The position numbers were made by a program, and so were the translations under genes. From the IMG/VR virus record IMGVR_UViG_3300045988_007914: DNA of 46,574 nt. One strand, given 5' to 3'. Positions 42,387 to 46,574 of this stretch are shown piece after piece. The stretch's first letter is position 1; every line of letters starts with the position of its first letter. The notes beneath the pieces were generated by a model. The model had not been told where the DNA came from. It worked only from the letters and a program-made list of their open reading frames with translations, and ran no database searches. Source of the DNA: a virus.

Positions 42387-43598
42387 ATGGTAAATACTAA
42401 ATGCGACACCTCCTATTACGATAGCCGAGGTTATCAGCGCAAGATATTTGATGGAAATGTTCTTTACGAAAGTAAAGCTAAAGCAATAAAAGGTAGTGAT
42501 TGGAAACCACAGGTACAGAGGTTTAACATGACCTATCTGTTGGAGTTATCGAAAATGCAACGAGACCTTGAGAACATGGAGTATGAGTTCTTACCAACTA
42601 CAAACTTCACCTTGCATGAACGAGGAAAGCTCCGGCGTATTACAGGCGAACAGGTTCAAGACAGAATCGTGAAACACGCTCTCTGTGACGAAGTTTTGAA
42701 TCCTCTGATTGAACCACACCTCATTTATGACAATGGAGCAAGCGTTGCCGGAAAAGGTATCGCTTTCACTCGTAAGAGGTTACTCACCCACCTTCGGAAA
42801 TATTATGCACAGCATGGTAGCAACGAAGGGTACATTCTTCTGATAGACTTCTCGAAATACTACGACAATATCAGACATGATGTGTTGTTGAAGTTGTTTG
42901 AGCAGTATGTCGATGATGAACACGCCCTATGGCTTCTGCGGAAGACCGTAGAACGCTCAAGGATTGATGTATCGTACATGAGTGATGAAGAATACGAACA
43001 TTGTCTCGACAAGTTGTTTGATTCTCTCCTCTATCAGTATATGAACCCGAAGCTGTTCACAGGCGAAAAGTTCATGGGAAAGCACCTCAATATCGGAGAC
43101 CAAGTGGCACAGACCGCCGGAATCTCTTACCGAATACGAATTGATAACTATGTCAAAATCGTTCGAGGTGTAAAATTCTACGCTGGCTACATGGACGATA
43201 GTTATGCTATCCACGAGAGCAAAGAGTTCTTACAGGAGCTTCTTGAGGACATTATCGAGATAGCGAACGAACTCGGAATCACGGTCAATACCCGGAAGAC
43301 GAGAATCTGTAAGCTCTCCGAGCATTGGCGATTTCTTCAAGTTCAATACTCTCTAACGGACACCGGGAGGGTGATTCAGAAAATCAATCCCAAACGGCTT
43401 ACCGCAATGAGACGGAAAATGAAGAAACTCGCTCCGAAGCTAACAGAAAAGGAGTTTACGGACTTCTATAAGAGTTGGTTTAAGAATCATTACAAAATAA
43501 TGAGTAAGAAACAACGAAGTAACATGGACACCCTATTCAATCAATTAAAGGAGGTAACGAAATGTACACTATCACCCTTGCCAATGGCAAAAAGCTGA
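42387..43598 (+). CDS. DGR reverse transcriptase
   Basis: ..LLIDFSKYYDNI.., NIGDQVAQ (compare the DGR-type xGxxxSQ motif), AGYMDDSY. Confidence 0.9.
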   Translation: MVNTKCDTSYYDSRGYQRKIFDGNVLYESKAKAIKGSDWKPQVQRFNMTYLLELSKMQRDLENMEYEFLPTTNFTLHERGKLRRITGEQVQDRIVKHALCDEVLNPLIEPHLIYDNGASVAGKGIAFTRKRLLTHLRKYYAQHGSNEGYILLIDFSKYYDNIRHDVLLKLFEQYVDDEHALWLLRKTVERSRIDVSYMSDEEYEHCLDKLFDSLLYQYMNPKLFTGEKFMGKHLNIGDQVAQTAGISYRIRIDNYVKIVRGVKFYAGYMDDSYAIHESKEFLQELLEDIIEIANELGITVNTRKTRICKLSEHWRFLQVQYSLTDTGRVIQKINPKRLTAMRRKMKKLAPKLTEKEFTDFYKSWFKNHYKIMSKKQRSNMDTLFNQLKEVTKCTLSPLPMAKS

Positions 43599-43891
43599 CC
43601 GGGCTGGATATGAACGGCACGAACTATGTCAGCAAAGAAAAGGTGGACGAGACTATTTTCAAGGATAATCTCTCTACTATGAAGGTCTCCGATGGGGAGA
43701 CAGAGACTACCTACACTGATATGGTCTTCATTCAGCAGATGGAATGGGCTGACGGCACTTTCTATCTTGCGTTCCGTGAGAAGACCAAGGAGGAGAAGCT
43801 GGTAGCCGCTCTCAACGCAACCTCCGACAGTGTTACCGATGTACAGGTGGCACTTGCGGAAGTATATGAAATGGTTTTAGGAGGTAACTAA
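43562..43891 (+). CDS. Hypothetical protein
   Basis: Track ORF with a GGAGG RBS. Confidence 0.5.
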   Translation: MYTITLANGKKLTGLDMNGTNYVSKEKVDETIFKDNLSTMKVSDGETETTYTDMVFIQQMEWADGTFYLAFREKTKEEKLVAALNATSDSVTDVQVALAEVYEMVLGGN

Positions 43892-43893
43892 CT

Positions 43894-43995
43894 ATGGCTA
43901 AGATTTACGTTGCACTGATTCGCAAGGGTCTCAAGACCATTAACGATGTACCCGAACAGCTCCGAGAGGAAGTCAAGAAGCTGTTGGAGGAATAA
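43894..43995 (+). CDS. Small conserved protein (33 aa), paralogue 1
   Basis: Own translation: MAKIYVALIRKGLKTINDVPEQLREEVKKLLEE. Confidence 0.45.
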   Translation: MAKIYVALIRKGLKTINDVPEQLREEVKKLLEE

Positions 43996-44045
43996 TCATG
44001 CTGTGGCGCATTATGCTATGGCTCAACAGGAAGGAGGTGAAAAAC

Positions 44046-44174
44046 ATGGCTGTTATCTATGTGGCACTCATTATCAAGGGTAAGCGTACTTACGCAAGCG
44101 TTCCGGCTGTTCTCAAAGAACAGGTAAAGGAAATGCTCATTGACCTTGAGCTGGAAGACCTTATCACGGAATAA
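44046..44174 (+). CDS. Small conserved protein (42 aa), paralogue 2
   Basis: Own translation: MAVIYVALIIKGKRTYASVPAVLKEQVKEMLIDLELEDLITE. AGGAAGGAGG RBS. Confidence 0.45.
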   Translation: MAVIYVALIIKGKRTYASVPAVLKEQVKEMLIDLELEDLITE

Positions 44175-44237
44175 GGAGGCATGAGGGAGGGTCGCTCCCG
44201 GCTCTCCCTCACATTCTAAAAGAGGAGGACAAGAAAT

Positions 44238-44564
44238 GTGAACATTGAGTTCAATCAGATTCTTACCTTCGTCTCCGTTGTTGCCGCCGTGTACTTTGCT
44301 TTCAAGAGCAATAGTCGAGCCAATAATGACGAGGTGAGCAAGAAAGCACAGGTTGACGCTATTCTGTCTCAAAAGCTGGATTCTATCAGTGATGATACGA
44401 AAGAAATCCGCAAGGAAATCACAGACGTTAAGGTCAAGGTCAACGACCTGTCCGAGCGTGTCGTGATGGTTGAGCAGTCTACGAAATCCGCACACCACCG
44501 ACTTGACCGATACGAGGAAGAAGAAATCTACCACTGTAAGCCAAGAAAACGATGGTGGGTATGA
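44238..44564 (+). CDS. N-terminally membrane-anchored coiled-coil protein, possible lysis accessory
   Basis: TM segment ILTFVSVVAAVYFAF, then a coiled coil. GTG start after GAGGAGG. Confidence 0.45.
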   Translation: MNIEFNQILTFVSVVAAVYFAFKSNSRANNDEVSKKAQVDAILSQKLDSISDDTKEIRKEITDVKVKVNDLSERVVMVEQSTKSAHHRLDRYEEEEIYHCKPRKRWWV

Positions 44565-44579
44565 AAGGGGTGATACCCG

Positions 44580-46037
44580 ATGAACCATTCAGATTTTGTC
44601 AAAACCGTTGCGGCGTATATCAAGAAGTACGCCCCGGTGTACGGAATCGAGGTCGTGTCACCTATCATCGCTCAAGCGGTGTTGGAAAGTGGCTACGGCA
44701 CTTCCGAGCTGGCTGTGAACGCCCATAACTACTTTGGTCTGAAATACCGTGAAGGTCGTTGCAAGACCTGTATCGGTATCTATCACATGGTAGGAAGTGA
44801 GCAGAACGCAGACGGCAGTTACACCAGTTCTGCTATGCAGTGGTGTAAGTTCAAGGATATGGAAAACGGAGTTATCGGCTACTTCGATTTCATCAACATT
44901 CCGAACTATAAAAATCTCAAAGGCGTTACCGACCCTCGGAAATACCTTGAGAATATCAAAGCCGATGGCTATGCTACGTCTCACAAGTATGTGGACAACC
45001 TCATGCGTGTTATTGAGACATGGCATTTAACCGATTATGACAAGAAGGAGGAAACAAAAATGAGCAACAGTCCTTTGGTGGTCTACACCAAGCTCTCCCC
45101 GAACCATTCCGGGCAGAGAACCCATTCTATTGACCGTATCACGCCGCATTGTGTAGTAGGTCAGCTCTCCGCAGAGAGTATCTGTGGTTGTTTTATCAGC
45201 ACCTCTCGACAGGCGAGTTGCAACTACGGTATCGGCACTGACGGTCGTATCTCCATGAGCGTTGAGGAGAAAAACCGTTCGTGGTGTTCTTCCAGTCGTG
45301 AGAACGACCAGCGAGCAGTTACTATCGAGTGTGCGTCTGACAAGACCGCTCCGTATACGTTCAATGACGCTGTATATGCGTCTCTCGTGAACCTGTGCGT
45401 TGATATTTGTCAGCGTAACGGCAAGAGCAAGCTCTTGTGGCTGGGCGATAAGAATAAAACCCTTGCCTATGCGCCGAAGTCCGATGAAATGGTACTGACG
45501 GTACATAGATGGTTCGCCAATAAGTCTTGCCCGGGAGACTGGCTGTACAACCGTCTCGGCAACCTTGCCGCAGAGGTCACTAAGCGTCTCACAGGCGGCT
45601 CTACCGACACTGGTAAGGTAGATGTACCCTCTGACGGTAAAACGCTGTACAGGGTGCAGACAGGGGCGTTCTCGAAGCGTTCCAACGCTGACGCATGGGC
45701 GGCAAAACTGAAAGCCGCTGGCTTCGATACCTACATCGTACAGATGGGTAATCTGTACAAGGTACAGGTCGGTGCTTACAGTCAGAAGTCCAATGCTGAG
45801 AACATGATGGCGAAGCTGAAAGCCGCTGGCTATGACGCTTTTATCACTACCAAGTCCGACACTGCGGCTGGTACTGCGAAGAAATCTGCGGCTGAAATCG
45901 CCAAGGAAATCTACAATGGTACTTGCTCTGACGCTCGCTGGTCTTCGTGGGGCAACGGTGCAGACCGTGTAAATCGTCTGAAACAGGCTGGTTATGACCC
46001 GAGCGAAGTACAGTCCGAGGTCAATAAGCTGTTTTAA
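44580..46037 (+). CDS. Multidomain endolysin: glucosaminidase, Amidase_2, two SPOR repeats, CW_7-like repeat
   Basis: ..AQAVLESGYGTS.., ..ITPHCVVG..AVTIEC.., two copies of YRVQTGAFS/YKVQVGAYS, and ..WGNGADRVNRLKQAGYDPSEVQSEVNKL. Confidence 0.9.
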   Translation: MNHSDFVKTVAAYIKKYAPVYGIEVVSPIIAQAVLESGYGTSELAVNAHNYFGLKYREGRCKTCIGIYHMVGSEQNADGSYTSSAMQWCKFKDMENGVIGYFDFINIPNYKNLKGVTDPRKYLENIKADGYATSHKYVDNLMRVIETWHLTDYDKKEETKMSNSPLVVYTKLSPNHSGQRTHSIDRITPHCVVGQLSAESICGCFISTSRQASCNYGIGTDGRISMSVEEKNRSWCSSSRENDQRAVTIECASDKTAPYTFNDAVYASLVNLCVDICQRNGKSKLLWLGDKNKTLAYAPKSDEMVLTVHRWFANKSCPGDWLYNRLGNLAAEVTKRLTGGSTDTGKVDVPSDGKTLYRVQTGAFSKRSNADAWAAKLKAAGFDTYIVQMGNLYKVQVGAYSQKSNAENMMAKLKAAGYDAFITTKSDTAAGTAKKSAAEIAKEIYNGTCSDARWSSWGNGADRVNRLKQAGYDPSEVQSEVNKLF

Positions 46038-46040
46038 CCC

Positions 46041-46149
46041 AAGTAGTAAAAGTAGTTGAAAATCGGTTTTTGCGTAAACTTTTGCTATATATGCGTGTAT
46101 ATAGAGGAAGTTATACGAAAAAAGCCAAGAACAGCTACTTTAACTACTT
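46041..46149. repeat. Nested-palindromic repeat element, copy C (inverted relative to A and B)
   Basis: Its reverse complement shares AGTAGTTAAAGTAGCTGTTCT and ACGCAAAAACCGATTTTCAACTACTT with copy A, and CACGCATATATAGCAAAAGTT with copy B. Confidence 0.85.
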
Positions 46150-46178
46150 CAAACATCAATTTTAAGGAGGAAATCAAC

Positions 46179-46445
46179 ATGATTAACTGGAAAGTGCGTA
46201 TCAAAAACAAGAGCTTTTGGATTGCTCTGATTCCAGCGGTGCTTCTGCTGGTACAGGTGATTGCCGCTGTCTTCGGTTACACCCTCGATTTGGGTGAGCT
46301 GGGGGACAGGCTGTTGGCTGTTGTCAATGCTCTGTTCGCAGTCCTCACGATTCTCGGTATCGTGACTGACCCGACCACTGCTGGCATTGGAGATTCCAAA
46401 CAGGCTCTTACTTACGAGACACCTAAAAAAGAGGACGCAGTTTAA
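46179..46445 (+). CDS. Holin (two TM helices)
   Basis: MINWKVRIKNKSFWIALIPAVLLLVQVIAAVF..LLAVVNALFAVLTILGIV... AAGGAGG RBS. Confidence 0.75.
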   Translation: MINWKVRIKNKSFWIALIPAVLLLVQVIAAVFGYTLDLGELGDRLLAVVNALFAVLTILGIVTDPTTAGIGDSKQALTYETPKKEDAV

Positions 46446-46456
46446 CCTACGTCCTC
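46431..46456 (-). terminator. Hairpin GAGGACG-N12-CGTCCTC with a U-tract on the minus strand. Both the holin and int stop codons sit in its loop.
   Basis: AAAAAA at 46425-46430 reads TTTTTT after the stem on the - strand. Confidence 0.5.
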
Positions 46457-46574
46457 TACTATGAAAACAAATCCGACACAGTGCTTCACGAAAAAGAATG
46501 AGTTCGGATTTGCACTATTTGGTGGAGCTGTGCGCTCAATATCCGAACTCGAGATAGTGAGCGTATTGTTCCCC
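46442..46574 (-). CDS. int: C-terminal end of the large serine recombinase (46520-46574 duplicates 1-55)
   Basis: Frame checked codon by codon across the junction: ..SSSDIERTAPP|NSANPNSFFFVKHCVGFVFIVEDVG, stop codon at 46444-46442. Confidence 0.8.
   Translation of the reverse strand, partial: GNNTLTISSSDIERTAPPNSANPNSFFFVKHCVGFVFIVEDVG
46520..46574. repeat. Exact 55-nt copy of bases 1-55 (terminal overlap of a circular assembly)
   Basis: TGGTGGAGCTGTGCGCTCAATATCCGAACTCGAGATAGTGAGCGTATTGTTCCCC is present at both ends. Confidence 0.95.

Noticed and set aside
44179-44208. Hairpin TGAGGGAG-N12-CTCCCTCA as a terminator
   Set aside because: No U-tract follows it, and it sits just upstream of the next gene's RBS. 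It may be an mRNA stability or regulatory element, but the evidence is too weak to call.
46520-46574. Terminal 55-nt repeat as a biological DTR or att duplication
   Set aside because: It is exact and of k-mer-like length, and the integrase ORF reads seamlessly through it. That is most simply a circular-assembly overlap. It is kept as a low-interest finding because it changes how the ends must be read.
1-46574. tRNA, rRNA and tmRNA genes
   Set aside because: I scanned the few intergenic gaps by eye and saw no cloverleaf-like arrangement. This is not a substitute for tRNAscan-SE or ARAGORN.

Overview
The window is a complete, circularly closed temperate tailed-phage or prophage genome. It has 46,519 unique bp, and bases 1-55 recur exactly at 46520-46574. 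Strong GGAGG ribosome-binding sites, a large serine integrase and a SPOR/CW_7 endolysin suggest a Gram-positive (Firmicutes-like) host; that is inference. Nearly all genes are on the + strand. Only the integrase (it wraps the junction) and a cI-like repressor are on the - strand.

Gene order:
- lysogeny switch (0-2.3 kb)
- replication and recombination: SF2 helicase, family-B polymerase in frame with an ERF annealase, YqaJ exonuclease, prim-pol, D5/P4 primase-helicase
- nucleotide-metabolism genes: DUF3310, MazG, HD, a divergent ThyX-like protein
- terS, then a 4.3-kb accessory island separating terS from terL
- terL, portal, scaffold, capsid, neck, tail, tape measure, baseplate
- a diversity-generating retroelement (DGR)
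- lysis genes

Main hunt results:
1. The DGR template repeat matches two variable repeats with adenine-only differences. One is in the tail-fibre gene. The other is 27 kb away, in a small promoter-equipped gene inside the early region. Both are followed at the same spacing by the same GC hairpin.
2. Three mosaic copies of a ~110-bp nested-palindromic element sit just upstream of terS, of a truncated second serine recombinase, and of the holin.
3. The island carries a compositionally foreign five-gene cassette flanked by direct repeats, next to a 226-nt adenine-depleted GT-rich tract.
4. A GATAA-N4-TTATC palindrome lies exactly 9 nt upstream of the -35 of three promoters, and a fourth copy lies upstream of terS.
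5. Smaller oddities: the immunity-region promoter/operator is duplicated in the island; the switch promoters face each other; the integrase has no canonical start codon and contains a candidate attP dyad in its 3' end; a (GA)n tract splits a PAPS-reductase gene; a promoter-plus-terminator unit with DnaA boxes lies between terL and portal.

No database search was possible. All family names come from motif recognition by eye.
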